Source: Callorhinchus milii
Lineage: Eukaryota
Direction of reading: 5' to 3'
Length of the DNA stretch: 54,091 nt
Assembly: GCF_018977255.1 (NCBI RefSeq)
Contig: NW_024705331.1
Location: 1-54,091, forward strand
Below the pieces are notes generated by a model. The model saw only the letters and a program-made list of their open reading frames with translations. It did no database searches and was not told the origin of the DNA. The position numbers were made by a program, and so were the translations under genes. Each line of letters begins with the position of its first letter. Within the stretch, counting starts at the first letter, position 1. Shown here one piece after another: positions 24,644 to 38,760 of the stretch.

Positions 24644-25400
24644 CTGGAGGGTGGGGCGGGGGATGGGAAGAGAGGGGGGGGAGACAAGGGGAGGGTGTTG
24701 AGGTCAGCGTCACCTCTAGGCCTCCACATCGGTGCTCGGACGGGACCGATAGAACAACGAAGCAGGTGGACTTCTCCACAAATCTGGCTGTCGCCTGATG
24801 AAGCTGGTTGTAATTACTTGCGAAACGTCCTACTCAGTTTATAAATGGTGTGGCTTGGCTACTCCAACACACCGGTGTGCTGTACTAGTAATTAATTGGC
24901 ATGTTCTGTTTACGTGACAAACCTCACTAATTGGCTGTGTCGGGTGGTGGCGGGATTAACGACGAAACTACGGCAGGCACTTATCTCCTCCTTACAGATC
25001 TGAGCCGTGGCGAATATTCCACATTACTATGGAGCGATGAGTAAATCCATAGTACAGCCACTGTTTACTATTTATTAATCATTTGAATGGGACCCACATC
25101 TCAGAGAGACGCAGTACAGAAGAAGTGCGCACATTCGTTTTGAAAGCGGCGGGCAGTCGCTCATAGGCATGACGACAAAAGGGAAGGTCGTGAGCATGGC
25201 ACTTGAACAACGGCAGGGAGCCGATAGCACAGATGGCTGCGGGAGTCGGGGTTAGAGAGTTCCAGTCTATGGGAGGGGGGGGCAGCAGAGAAGAATAAGT
25301 GACATCGGGGCAGCATCAGCCAGTGGTTCTTCACCTTTACTGCAGCCTTGCACTCCTTTGGATCTCAATCGTAATGTTTTGTTTGTTTGTTATTATGTTA

Positions 25401-25430
25401 NNNNNNNNNNNNNNNNNNNNNNNNNNNNNN
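25401..25430. other. Assembly gap (30 N)
   Basis: Run of n. Confidence 1.
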
Positions 25431-28400
25431 GTGCAGAAAGCCCTAAGAGGGTGTAAGAGCAACGGCAGGGAAGCATGCCAATCCTGTCAAGAGGCGCGCA
25501 CGAACCATTACGGTAATTGGCTTACGGCGCAACTTATTTCTGTATAAGGTGAGTAGTTAAAGCAAGTGCTTACTCTCGGCGTGAAATCGACCTACCGAAA
25601 TGAGGCTACAAATGGACCCTTCGGCTTGGGAAGAGACGCTCTTCCCCATACCGAAATGATATAAGTTACAGGTTCCACAAAGTCATGACAGGATACGGCT
25701 GGGTGAAATCGTTAGAGACCTTGCGAAGGTTGCATGTAGCGACGGACGAGATCTCAATTGGGACCGGTATTCTCAAAACCCGACCATTCGTCCGGAAGCG
25801 GACATCTGAGAATTTCCCCTGAGCAGGTTCTTCAGCTGCAGAACTCTAAGATTTTTTAGTGAACGTAAGGGTGTGACCTGAACTCTGGGTATCAATCTAT
25901 AAAGAATACCCTTTGGCCCTTACCAGGGTGTAAACCTAATGTAGATGGGACTCGTCCGGACATAAAGGCTAAACTAAGCCGGTGTACCCGGCCAAGAACT
26001 AAGAGATTAAATTTGTCTGTCGCACTTGACGTGCATCTGATCTCGTCTAAGGGGGACACCTCACTACCGTATCGTCCGTGATCAACCTCGAATTTGTTAG
26101 GGTCCGATAGTTGCTGGGGGCATCAGCACGTTTTCTCCCCCTTCCATTAAGATGAAATGCATCCCATCAGAAAATTACACCTTAATTCGGGGAAAGCCCG
26201 ACAACTCTTAGGCAAGCGAGAGCTGGACTTAGGCCCGTCTTTATATTTGTCCGATTTGTAATATTCCGCGAATGTTTCGTCAATCATCTCAAAACAACGG
26301 GGTAGTATATTGTTTACACAATTAGAGGTGGGTCCACCCGCTCGTTAATTCTCTACATGTTTGGGTTTCTGACACCGATAGCCAACTTCAGACAACCCAG
26401 ACAACGACGCAACAATAAGAACCCTACCGGCAAAGGCATTCTCCCTGCGGGTGGTTCAAAGTTGTGGAGTGATCTAAGGGAGCACGTCGGTCCACTATAT
26501 GGCGCTCTCAGAATCTCTCCGGCACGCAGGAGGTTCTATGAACCGGTTGATTGGATCTCAGAAGCTGCTGGACCGTTTAGACTTTACTGAAAAATTAACT
26601 GATATGCACACAGCAGCAAGTAAGGAGCATTAGGAAATGCGGTATGTGCCTGTCTGGAAGACCTCCTGGGGGTGTGTTGTTTCCTTGTGTTCTCTGCACG
26701 ATCAGAAATTCTGAGAAGCGCGCCGGACGGCTGGTATGGACTATAAGGTGCTTGATACTGAAGGAGATCATGGTTCTCGTCTACGGAAATTCTCCGATCT
26801 GGTGTCTTTTCTACGATAAGGTAAATCGGTCAGGGGGGCCCCGATATTACCATAATCATGCCGAGGCACTGTTCTCCCCTAGTCCATGTGGAAGCGCGGG
26901 GCTATACATGAATATTCGAAATCTATGGATTACGCGACAATCTGCAATCTCGAACGAGGACTCGTCGGCCGACCCCTGGGGGCCGCAGCCGCCTGTCCAG
27001 ATTCTAGATCTTCGAGAGGGAGCGTTTGGCCAGTCGCCAAAGCAAGGGGATACCTACTTTCATGTTTTTTCCAGACCAGTTAGTTCATTTCCCGTACTGC
27101 AGTCATATAAGAGGTCAAAATTTGCTGCGAGTTGTAGCATGCTGGGAGCGGCGACTACCTTCGCCAATTAGTGGCCATCTGCCAACTAAGCCGAGGGAAG
27201 AACTACTGACGCCGCGGGTTGAACCTTTCTATGCGGAAGAGTAGAGTTCTGTACAACAGTGGAATGCAACACGCGGCTCGGAGCTGTGTTCTAAGAGCTC
27301 GATCGAAGCATCAGGGATAGCACTAGCCGAAGCCGTAGCTATCGTGTAATTTTGCGGTCGGGGGGGGAATCCATGGCTAAAACGTGCAGCGGTCAGAGAT
27401 GAAAATCCTTGGCCCCCTCCTTGCAACTATTAAGTCAGTTTGGATTGCAGAAGGAAGAAGCGGGATTTGATGGTTTTGTCGCCGGGAGCACAGATGTCAC
27501 CATTACCCCGCGGGTCTGATACCAGGGCGCGACCCCCTTTGGGGAAACGCCGCGACACGCCTACATTCGCTCTGGTACGCTTAAATTACGTAAAGGGCTC
27601 TAAGATTAACTCACGCAAGCCTTTGGATATTTGTCGTACACCTTCTGAGTCGGGTGACTTCCGGTATATCCTAGATTACCACACCAGCACCTGCCGGAGA
27701 TCGTTTGGCTCTCTTAGCGACTTTCCGAGTCGCATCGGCTGTCGTACCTATTCTACCGCAATCAGTGCTTTTTTCTCGGTCATGTTGCCTCCAACAATCA
27801 CGTTGGAAGTACGCTCAGAGGAACCGTGACAGTAAAATCGAGTGGATTCTGGCGTTACTTGTATACGTGACCTATTCCAGCCTTACCCGAACGACAGAAT
27901 AGTGTCCGCAAATACAATAGCTGACACAACCCACTTTTCGTAGAGTACCCCTACGAGTGCCGCGGTTTATTGATGAGCGCCATCTAACAGTAACCGACGG
28001 TGAAGTAGCAAGTAGGCGTGTTAAACAATCCGCATGGGAGCGGGATATTGGAGGAAAACAGGAAGTCATGTTTGCATCATTAATTAGTGGGAGTCTTAAG
28101 CTAATTGCGTTACATTGCATTCGACCACTGAACCGTTCGCCCGAACAAAGTCGCTATAAGGACCCCTACTCTTACCGCTTCCACCACGGGGATCAGACAC
28201 GCCCGCAACCAGACGTTGTGTTAAATAGCTGCCAAATCCGTGAAGCTAGACCTGGTTTATTCAATAATGGATGTGAATGCCGATACCCGCGTTCCTCGCT
28301 CATTACTACGTTGGGTACAACTTCGGTTTCAGAGGATCTCGTATGCCGTAACACTTCACCAGATGGTCAGTTAAGATTTAATTTACACCGAAATTAAAGA

Positions 28401-31400
28401 CCGGTATGGCCCGAATCCGAAGTATGCTATAAGTCAGCTACTCGGGAATGACGGAGGGCTACCGTTTCTAGAAGTTCTCTCACGCAAAGACACCTTCAGT
28501 ACTCAGCGATCCTACGCAACATAATCCACGTTAGTGTAGCCAGTACGCAGGAAATTGTGAGAGTATGGATCATCCCACATTTTCTCCGCGGACCTTGGCG
28601 CCTATTATACTCCCTAACACGTTCTTCTGCGGATTGGCAGCAGGGGCCCGTTCATGATCAAGACCAAAACGAGTAGTGACTAATCGCTTGCGTGGCTGAA
28701 GTTCAGTTGCAAGCGGGTTTATGTTGCTTAAACGATAAGGGTATGTCGTTGGACGGACGGCTGGCTCCCTAATTGGGATTAGAGCTATTTCTTTGAGTAC
28801 TTTTAGTTGGGGATCGTTGCAACAGTCCGTGGCTCGTCGGGTGCGAGATGCATCGAAGACAGCGTGAGGATCACGGAGTCACGAGAGCGACACGAGTCCG
28901 CCGATAGATGATCCGTAGGAAGAGTTGACTACGCCGGTTCAGATACCGATTATTCGGGGCCGTTTCAGATGGGGACCGTCCCAAAGTTGCGGTTATGATT
29001 TATCGTCCAATAGCTCTGACTCATACCTTACATGGAAGCATGGAGTCCCGCTCCTTAGAAAGAGACCCGTTGAGGTCGAGCCTTTGCAAAGCTCTGATGA
29101 CCTCCGAGTCGGTTGTACGGATTCATCTATAATGCTAACATGGTCAAGCTGGGGATTGGGACTAGGGCTATAACGGCTATGTACCGAGCGGCGGACTGGA
29201 TACAACAAGTTGATGTTTCACAGCGTAGGCGAAAGCCCATTAGGGAGTTATACGGCCCATTAACAAGAGTCCATTCACTGCTGCATCCGTTATGGAGCTG
29301 TGTGAGGAAGGTCTCTATGTAAGTCCCCAGAACTTCCCGCTATCCGTACAGTTATATGGCGGGAAGCATAGCACTAATAATATAATACACGCTAGAGTGT
29401 TGCCACCTCTGGGGAGTTATATGAAGCTAAAGGTGATTCTACTATGCTCCATGCGTAGAGCTACTGAGGGTTGCATAACGGAACCAAAACCTGGGATCTC
29501 CCCAGTCCATCCATAGCAGAGCCAGTCCATGGATAGTGCGCAATTCTAAAGAGCTCACGCGGAAGCCACTCAGCGAAGCATCAACACTAGCAGGCACCAA
29601 CTTTGGCATCCAATAGCCATGGAAGGACCAAATCCTCTAAGCGGCTCATGATCGACTCTCCATACCTTCGAATTAACCGTTGACAGCTAGGCTTTTGCCT
29701 TTTGTAGAAAAAAGGGGTCCCTAATCAGTCCTTAGCCTCTGGTGCTATAATCTCGACCTCCCTGTCGATTGTTAACATCCACAACGGTGATGCCCGGGGA
29801 AACCCATATTAGTCAGGGGCCTGCTGCAAGTGTTCGCTGGGCAAACGTCACGTGGCAATTGTTTATGCGGGCGACCGATCACATTCCACACCCAAAAACC
29901 TATTTGTAGCGTTCAGTCTTGTAGCATCAACTGTCGAATGTCTAGAACTCCTACCGAGGAAACTAAATGGCCGGACTGGTCACTATTATCACTACAGCCT
30001 CCGTATTCGTTCGAGCCCGTGCCGTGTTGGAAACTTAGAGTCCAATTATACCTACTAGATTATCACCTCTCGTACTACCCCAATCGATGTCGACAGTGAC
30101 ACCAAGTAACGGATCTGGAGCAACGTGATCCAGAACGCAACATACCGATCCCGAGCCGACGATGTCAGACGAAGTATCGTGTCACAAGGCGTTCCGAATA
30201 ATCACTTGGATATCGCATGTCAATAGAACGTTGGGTCATCGAAATGGGCGCTAGAGCGGCGATGCCCCCGGGATGAACGCTGTTCTTTATTGCACCTTTA
30301 TCCTCGGATTCTGCCTGTGAGTAGGGAACGCCAGGCGCTCTAAACTTGCCGACGTCGGGCTCATGACGATCCATTGTAAAACACGACCTAGACACGAAGC
30401 CCCTTAATCGTCACCGGGGTGACGTACGTCGACAAGCCATTGGCGGGCGGGGCTATTCAAAGTCAGTGACAGCGCGTACGGATTAGCGTTCAAGAGAGAC
30501 CGGGTTCGAGCGAGAAAGCCGGGAGCCCCCAAACGGCATGGCTATATTTGTAAATGTTGCAGCCGATTATGACTACTCTCTGGTTCAAGTACTATAAGCT
30601 CCTAGGCTACACACTGGCATTAAGCTACAGAATTTTACGTAGTAAGGGCCAACCTCGTCTTAATGCGTATCACTGGGTTGACAACCAGTTAGTTTGGGAC
30701 ATGCCGATATAAAGGCGAACCACGCGTGGATAGGCTTCACGTGTCCTAGGGCACTCATACATGGCTATGAATAGAGATATGTAGTACAGCTTCAGAGGGC
30801 GAAACCGACGTCGAGTACAGGTAAATTTGGGTGTACACCAATATAGAGAATTTAACAGCCGGAAATCCGTACGCTAGGGTGTGTTCATAGGAGGAGTCCG
30901 GGTCAGGTCGATCACAGGAGTAAGCTCCCTGAACGAGGAGCGAAGTGGTGTTAACGAGAGTGCTGTCCGGGCCAGGTCCCTGGCAATTGGTACCTATTAT
31001 TTAAGGCGATTCATATGAACAAAAGACGATCGTACTTGCTCATAGCGCCTGCGGGCCGTGCGAATCCAAATGACAATCCCGGAACAGTGACCATTCCCCC
31101 AGAATAGCGCTGCGATGATAAGAAAATACAAAGAGCACTGTGAGAGTCTTGGGAGATTATGCACCTCCCCAGTGAGTGCGAAATAAGATTTCGCGGCCGG
31201 GTGGCAGAGTTGTGTGGACACAATACAATTTTATACTTCGCTCGACCTTTCGAGAGGGTCTACCACGCAGGCGCCGTGCGCACTCTACGGGACCGCTCCA
31301 GTTGTTGTGTTTAGGATGACAGGCAGTCGTCTACGGTAGAAGATTCCAAGCTATTCGGACTAAGCTCTATGGGACGGCCAAGAGTACGTAATATTGTATA

Positions 31401-32300
31401 ACCAACAAGATAATCAAGGTGGCACGCAGGTTTGATCGAACAATACAGCCGAGGACTACATATTGGGTCGTGAATGACATTACATAAAGGTAGTAATTTT
31501 AGCTCATAAGAGCACACCGCTTCTCTCAGGTTATATCTAACACCAGGCATTAGACTGTAACATCAGAATGTAGACGAACGGGAGCTTGGAAGATCATATT
31601 CCATGGACACGAATAATGTCGATGCCTAGACTTTTAACATTCACTAAAGTACCGCACTTTGGATAGTCAGGTGTTTTTGCTACTGACCTTGTTCGATACG
31701 GGGTGCCGAACAATAACCTGATTTGCCGATATTTAAACAACTGCTTGTTCCTAACACCTTGGGGAGAATGCTATTTCCTCTGTATTATCACAATGTCTGG
31801 AGATCGATCATCAATTATGAGCGAGTCGTGCGCATGGAGTCTCCCCTCGGGTGTGGAGGACTGTTGCCCTTACATATAATACTTGACTAAACACGGAAAA
31901 TGATCAGCGCAAAAATCAACTACATTCCCGATCGCGATGTGGTAGCTCAGGAAGCATAGCCCAGTCAAGTGAAGTGTTAGCCGCGTACGCGAGCAACCTG
32001 TGTTCCCCGCTCAATTACCCTTGCTGCAGTATCACTGCTGACAGCTCACACGAGGACCAAATCAGCTTGTGTTTAGAAACGTGTCTGTCCTTCTTAAAGC
32101 CTCAAGCGGACGCGGTGTCCGGAGGTATAATTACTGTAGGTGAACATTCACCAGACCACTCTTGGCCATACCGGCCTTACGTCACACGTCGAATTAGGTT
32201 AGGTATCTAGAAGCTGCTTAGAGGCACGCCGCCCTCTGTCGACTAGGCAAATCCACATGTCTAGACATTGTCCGTACTGAAGCACGGTGCCCTAATACGC
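25431..32300. other. Featureless, random-like high-complexity block
   Basis: By eye it has a balanced base composition, frequent CpG/TpA, no satellites, no TE fragments and no recognisable ORF. Confidence 0.75.
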
Positions 32301-32302
32301 TC

Positions 32303-32780
32303 AACCCCTAAACACCTCGAAGACGCTGATCCCTAAAAACCTCAAAACCTCTAAACCCTTAACACTTAACCTTATAAACTCCTAACCCTCTAAACCACTA
32401 GCCCTGTAACAATCGGAACCCATAACCTTCTAAACTGTAACCCTCTAAAACCCTAACCCTGCAAGCTCATCACCCTCTACATCGCTAAAATCTTAAACCC
32501 CTTTACCCTTAAAACCCTCACCCTCTCAACCCCTAAACCTCTAAACCCCAAACCCTCTAAATACCTAACCCTCTAAACCTCTAAACCCATCACCCTGTAC
32601 ATCTCTAAACCCTCAACTTATAATACTCTAAATCCCCAACCCTTTAAACCGATTTACCCATAAAACTCTATCCATCTAACTCCTCACCCTTTGAAACCCT
32701 AACCCAAATACCCTAAAATCCCAAACCCCCTAACACGCTAAACCCTTTTACTGTTAAAACAATAATTCTCTAAACCCATA
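32303..32780. repeat. Degenerate telomere-like (CCCTAA/CTAAACCC) repeat tract
   Basis: Repeated ccctaa, ctaaaccc and aaccct variants. Confidence 0.75.
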
Positions 32781-33366
32781 GATCTGTAGTGACATAAGAA
32801 GGGAGGGGCTGCTGGGGGCTCTGGGTTCCCAGGTGGGTCCAGACGCTTAAGCCTCTGGGCGCCAGGCACTGGGTTCCCAGGGGTCCAGACGCTTAAGCCT
32901 CTGGGCGCCAGGCGTTGGGTTCCCAGGCGCCTAAGCCTTTTTGGCGCCGCCAACGGGGGGGGGGGGGCTGTGTGTGCTCTGTGGGATGTCTGGTGGCGCA
33001 CACGGCCCCACCCCTCGTTAGACCAGGCATAAAATGAGAGCTCCCTGGACGATCAGGGCCCAGTTGTAACTCAAGACCCAAGACCCACGACCAGCCATCT
33101 GAAGACCCTGGGATGCTGCGAGAGCCAGCGCTGGGACTCGGGAACTCCCGACTCTGGAACTCCCGACTCTACGACCTTGTGAGGGCGAGTTCCGGAGCGT
33201 AGCCAGAGTAGAGTATCTAGGCTGTGTAGCTAGGCTGTGTACCTAGGCTGTAACAGAGTATCAGGACTATTGGAGAGTTGGAGTACTGTTGGAGTGTTGT
33301 ATTGTAATAAAGAAGTACATCTACAAGTGTCTCCGGAACCCGTTATATTTGGCGTCAGAGGTGGCA

Positions 33367-35456
33367 ATGGAGACAAGAAGTAAGCCACGTACCTTCAGTC
33401 CTGACGGCGATGTTGAGGAGCAAGCGGCGATGGGGCAGCCAACTCGGGCCGACAACAACGCCGCAACGCCGGCTGAGCAGTCGTCCACCACACCTGCCGA
33501 TCCTCCTCCAGCGTCGGGAGCAGCAATGGAGGAAACGCTGCTTCGCCTCACCGAGCTGCTCCACGCCACCGTCTCCATCCTTGACGACATGCGTCGCTCA
33601 CAGGCGGAGGCAGCAGGGAGAGAGGCGGCGCAGCGACCGCGCCATTCCGCCGGCTCCAACACAAAGACATCCGGGTGTGTCGTCACTTCTGCGGGGGAGC
33701 AGTGGCCGCTGGGAGCGACGTCACTTCCGGGCCCAGCGTGGGCCAACCCGATGACGCCGCGTCATCAGCGCTGCGTCCCTCACCGCCGGTGACAGCTGTT
33801 TGCGACCGAGCAACGCCGCGTCATCAGCGCTGCGTCCCTCACCGCCGGGTGACAGCTGTTGCGACCCAGCAACGCCGCGTCATCAGCGCTGCGTCCCTCA
33901 CCGCCGGGTGACAGCTGTTTGCGACCGCCGAGTGACAGCGCTGCGAACGCGAAGCCAGCTTCAGCCGGGTTGCCAGGCAACGAAGCTTGGCTCACGTCCA
34001 GCAACGCCTGCCGGCACTCAAGGCATTTTCTTCAGAGGGGGGTGAGTGGGCAGCGTTCGAACGCCGGTTCGTCTCTCTTATAGAGACGTCCGGCTGGTCG
34101 GAGTATGAAGCGCTCCAGGGCCTCCCGGCCATGCTCGACGACGACTCTCTCGCAGCACTCCTTGCTGTGCCACGCGCGAAACGTGCCACGCTTACGGATG
34201 CCCTTCATCAGATGCGGCTGATTTATGGACCCCCATCCGAAGCACGTCACCGCTTCGATGCGAGGAGGAAGAAGGCCTCCGAGTCGGCGATGGGGTACCG
34301 CAGCGCGCTGCTGGCCATGGCGAAGGTTGCCTACCCTCGCATGGATGAAGACGCTGTGGAGTCACTCGTGCTGCAGAAGCTCATGAGCTTGGCCCGCCAG
34401 CTTCGAGTTGCCATGCCGACAGCCGACGACGACTTCACGTCGCTACGTGCTGCCAGGTGCATCCAAGCACACCTACATTGCGATGAGGACACGACCATCG
34501 CCGCCTGCGCAGGCCCACCTGATGCACAAGCCTATGACGTGCATTCGGGGCCTCATCAGGCCTTCGCAGCAACAGAAAATCGCGGATCGTCCAACTGGCG
34601 ATCCCAGCGAGATCACCACCAGCGGGACCGGCCAACCTCGCGCCAGGACGGAGCGTCCATCGTCTGCCACAACTGTGGCCTTCGGGGCCATGTGGCGTCC
34701 GGCTGCCGGGTCCCCCGACGCCGGACTTCAGGACCTCCGGCGCCTCGGCCACCACCGTATCCTCGGCATACCCAGGCGAGTCACGACACCTCGCACTCTC
34801 GGCCCCCACTTACAACAAGCACGCACCCTCACACCACACAGGGGGGTCATGCTTCGGAGGAGGGGGATTCGGGCCCATCATTGAACAACCGGGCGCTCGG
34901 ACCGGGTCAATGGTCCGAGTTGGCCCATAGGGTCGTTGCCGCTGCGGCAGGGTCCTCTGCCGTAGTGGGTTCCATCGAGGGCGTTGATGTTCGTATGTTG
35001 ATCGATACGGGTGCGTCGGCGACCATCATTTCAGACATAATTTATAACATTTTGCCCGATACATGCCGTCCCTTGCAGCCAGTTGATGTGCCATGCTATG
35101 CCGCAAATGGGGGTTCGTTGGGCATCACCGGACGGATCAATGCTCAGATCCGCATTGCTGACGTCCAATTAGTTGGGCCCATTTTGGTCTCATCAACCCT
35201 CGCCGTTCCGTGCCTCCTCGGAACAGATTTCTTGGGGAAGATGCCCATTAAAATTCTCATTAACAAAGGGTGTATTGAGCTCCCCTCCGGCCGACGCATG
35301 GCCTTCCTACCCACACCCACTCGGTTGCACTCCGCATCTACGACGGTGCAGGCGTTGGCGGCGTGCACAATTCACATTCCTCCTGGCTCTCAGATGTTAG
35401 TTCCCCTCCGGTTTCGTAAACCCCTTGATTACGACGCGTTCATGGGGGTGCTGTGA
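33367..35456 (+). CDS. gag: Gypsy gag + aspartic protease (frameshifted in the 5' repeat region)
   Basis: Capsid-like FSSEGGEWAAFERRF, zinc knuckle CHNCGLRGHVASGC, protease LIDTGASATII and LLGTDFL. Confidence 0.85.
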
Positions 35457-38400
35457 TCGGGCCTTCGCGTTCAGCTGAGCGGGTGTCGGACCTCGTGTGT
35501 GCACAAACGCTCGTGCGAAGCGACCACGACCCCTTTATCCAGGTCCTTAACGCGGGATTGGAAACGGCCGTTATCTGTCAGGGAATGGTGCTTGCTCACG
35601 CGACGCCAGCCCCGCCAGAAGATGTGATCGTGGGTCACGTAGGGGGCGAGTTCTCTTCCGTTGCCAAGCCAGGTCCTGACACAGGATGGCTCGACGCGCT
35701 TTGCTCCACTTCTGCCGATTTGTCACCATTACAGCATGCTAAATTACGCACGCTGCTGAGCGATTTCGCCGACGTTTTCAGTCAAAGCAAATTCGACATT
35801 GGCTGCACTAAATTGCTAAGCCACCACATCGACACGGGTGATGCCGCTCCAATTCGTCAAAACCCATTCCGGTTGAGCCCGGCCGAAAAGGAACATGTAC
35901 GGGTGGCCGTCAACGATATGTTGGCGGCCGATGTCATTGCGCCATCAAATAGCCCATGGGGGCGCCGATCGTTCTTGTTAAGAAGCACGACGGGAGCCTC
36001 CGCTTTTGTGTTGACTTCAGGAAACTTAATAAGATTTCTGTGGCCGACGCCTACCCGCTTCCCAGGATGGACGAGTCGCTCGATGCCTTAGCAGGTGCGC
36101 ATTACTTCTCCACCTTGGATCTCCTCTCGGGGTTTTGGCAGCTACCCCTTGATGACGCATCCAAACCAAAGACGGCCTTTCGCACGCCGCAGGGACTGTT
36201 CCAATTCAACAGACTTCCCATGGGTCTTCACTCGGCCCCGGCGACGTTCCAGCGCCTGATGGAGCTGGTCCTCGCTGGGCTCCAGTGGGATTCTTGCCTA
36301 ATCTACCTCGACGATGTAATCGTGTTCAGCAAAACTTTTGATGAACACCTCACGCGATTGAAGGCAGTTTTCCTTAAAATGCGAGCGGCTAACCTCAAAT
36401 TCAAACCGCAAAAGTGCCACCTCATGAGGGATTCGGTTCGTTATTTGGGCCATATTGTCAGCCGCTCGGGAATTGCCACGGACCCCGAAAAGACAAATTG
36501 CGTGCGCTCATGGCCAACTCCTACCTCTGTTGGGGAGGTGCGGAGTTTTATCGGCTTCGCCTCATATTATCGACGATTTGTTGCGGGATTCGCATCCATC
36601 GCGAAGCCCCTCCACGCATTAACGGCCAAAGGGGTCAAATTCCGCTGGGGAGAGTTAGAACAGGCATCGTTCAATGCCGTCCGAAAAGCACTGGTCGATG
36701 CTCCTACCCTGTCTTATCCAGATTTTACCACTCCGTTCATTCTGGATACAGACGCCAGCAACACCGGAATTGGAGGGGTGCTGTCGCAAATTGTCAATGG
36801 AGTGGAGCGCGTCGTCGCCTATGGCAGCAGGGTGCTGTCGCCCGCGGAGCAACGTTACTGCGTGACGCGCCGCGAATTGCTTGCTATCGTTTTTTTCATA
36901 AAGCAGTACAGGCCATACGTGTATGGCAGGCATTTCACAGTACGCTCCGACCACGCGGCGCTACAATACGCCTTGCGAGTGGACCAACCATCTGGACAGC
37001 TCTCGCGTTGGCTCGAGATCCTCCAGGACTTTGCGTTCACTGTCATTTACCGCAAGGGGATTCAACACGGGAACGCCGACGGGTTGTCGCGACTGCCGAA
37101 CAATGGGCGCTGTGCTTGTTTTTTGGGTGCGGGGCGTTGTAGGCAGCCTGACGGGGTACCGCCCCCATCCCTTGCGGCCGCGGCCGGGGATGGGGTCGGG
37201 GACCACGGGGCTCCCTCCACGCAAGTTCCGCAGGACGCATTGCTGGGCCTCGGGTTGGACGACTGGGGACGTCTTCAGATGGAAGACGTCTCCCTCCTCA
37301 AATTGAGACGCCGCGCTAGGGATGCCGAGGGTCACAGGGGGCAGGGGGGCCCCGTATCATATGTCATCCGGGAAGGCGTCCTCATGCATTGGGATGGGGG
37401 GTCCCAATCCCACACATTGGTGGTGCCCACCTCCCTGCGGGGGCGACTTGTGTGGGAAACCCACAGTCGCCTCTTGCACTTGGGTGTTCAGAAAACACTA
37501 GCTAAAATCCAATTGGAATTTTTCTGGCCGGGCATGGCAAACGATGTGGCTGACCTTGTGCAAGGTTGCACAGAATGTGCACGGCGGAAACCACCTGCTA
37601 GGCCGTCCTGCCCGCCGCTCCAATCCATTAAAGTTTCCCGGGTCAATGAGATCGTCGCATTGGATATTTTGGGTCCGTTTCCCGCTACTCCTCGGGGTAG
37701 TAAGTACCTTTTGGTTGGGGTCGAATATTTTACCCGATGGGCCATGGCCTGGCCACTCCCCAACCAGTCTGCAGCAGCCATTACGGAGGCCTTTTTCCAG
37801 GGCTACGTCCTGGACAAGGGTGCTCCCGAACGCCTGCTGACCGACCAAGGGAAAAATTTCTCTTCCACCCTGTTGCGGGATGTGTGCAACCTGCTAGGGA
37901 CACACAAAATTCGCACCTCGCCATATCACCCCCAGACTGACGGTATGGTCGAGCGATTACATAGGACACTTACCTCCATGCTAAGCCACCAGGTGTCTGA
38001 GTCACAGACTGATTGGGATCTCCACATACCTGGTGTCTTGGCCGCCTATAGAATGGCGCCCCATGCTGCCACGGGGTACTCGCCATTCTATCTTATGTAT
38101 GGTAGGGAGGTTTGCCCCCCAATCGACGTACAATTGCACATTAAACAGCCCGCACCTAAGGCTAAGATTGCCGACCACATCCGTGCTAATGTGCGTCGTC
38201 TCGTGGATGCCCGGGAGGCTGCTCAAAATAACTCAGAAGCCCGTCAGCTTGCCAACGAGCGGTTGCGGAATCTCCGCACATCCCGCCACGTTTGGGTAGA
38301 AGGGGACCGCGCCTGGCTCCACTGCCCGCAGGTACCATTGGCTACTTCCTCAAAACTGCTTAAGCCTTGGAGAGGCCCGGTTGTTATTATTCGCGTTCTC

Positions 38401-38760
38401 CGCCCGCAGTGTGTCAGGATCCAGCATGGCAAGCGACGTTGGTTCGTGCACCCGTCACGTCTAAAACCTTACATTCAACCCTACACACCTCCTTCACTTC
38501 TCCGGGGCCGAGAGCGCGACATGTCTGACGAGCCGCGCCGCGATGATGCTGCTTCTAACTCTCGGGCAGGTCCCGCTGTCCCGCCCTCAGGTGCCTTGGG
38601 AATGAAATCCGCCACGGCCGACCAAGCGGGAACAAGCTTGCCCGCGGGATCAGCGACCCAGGACACAAGCGCAACAGCGGGTCGTCGGTCCCCTCCCGCC
38701 TCCGTCGCGACCGATGGACCTGCCACTCGGACTCGCTCAAAACTCAAACGATTTTCATGA
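35453..38760 (+). CDS. pol: Gypsy pol: RT, RNase H, integrase (1-bp frameshift at ~35960)
   Basis: SPW/GAPIVLVKK, LRFCVDFRKLN, YLDD, DAS...RELLA, HHCC zinc finger, and DDE core (ALDILGP, TDQG, GMVER). Confidence 0.95.

Noticed and set aside
25330..25365. Possible further SULF exon end before the gap
   Set aside because: There is no convincing similarity or acceptor.
26644..28397. ORFs of 129-175 aa in the random-like block
   Set aside because: They have no recognisable motifs, and such lengths are plausible by chance in ~7 kb over six frames with alternative starts.
35440..35460. Programmed ribosomal frameshift between gag-PR and pol
   Set aside because: There is no slippery heptamer. The shift sits in a G-run like the other 1-bp deletions, so error or mutation is more likely.
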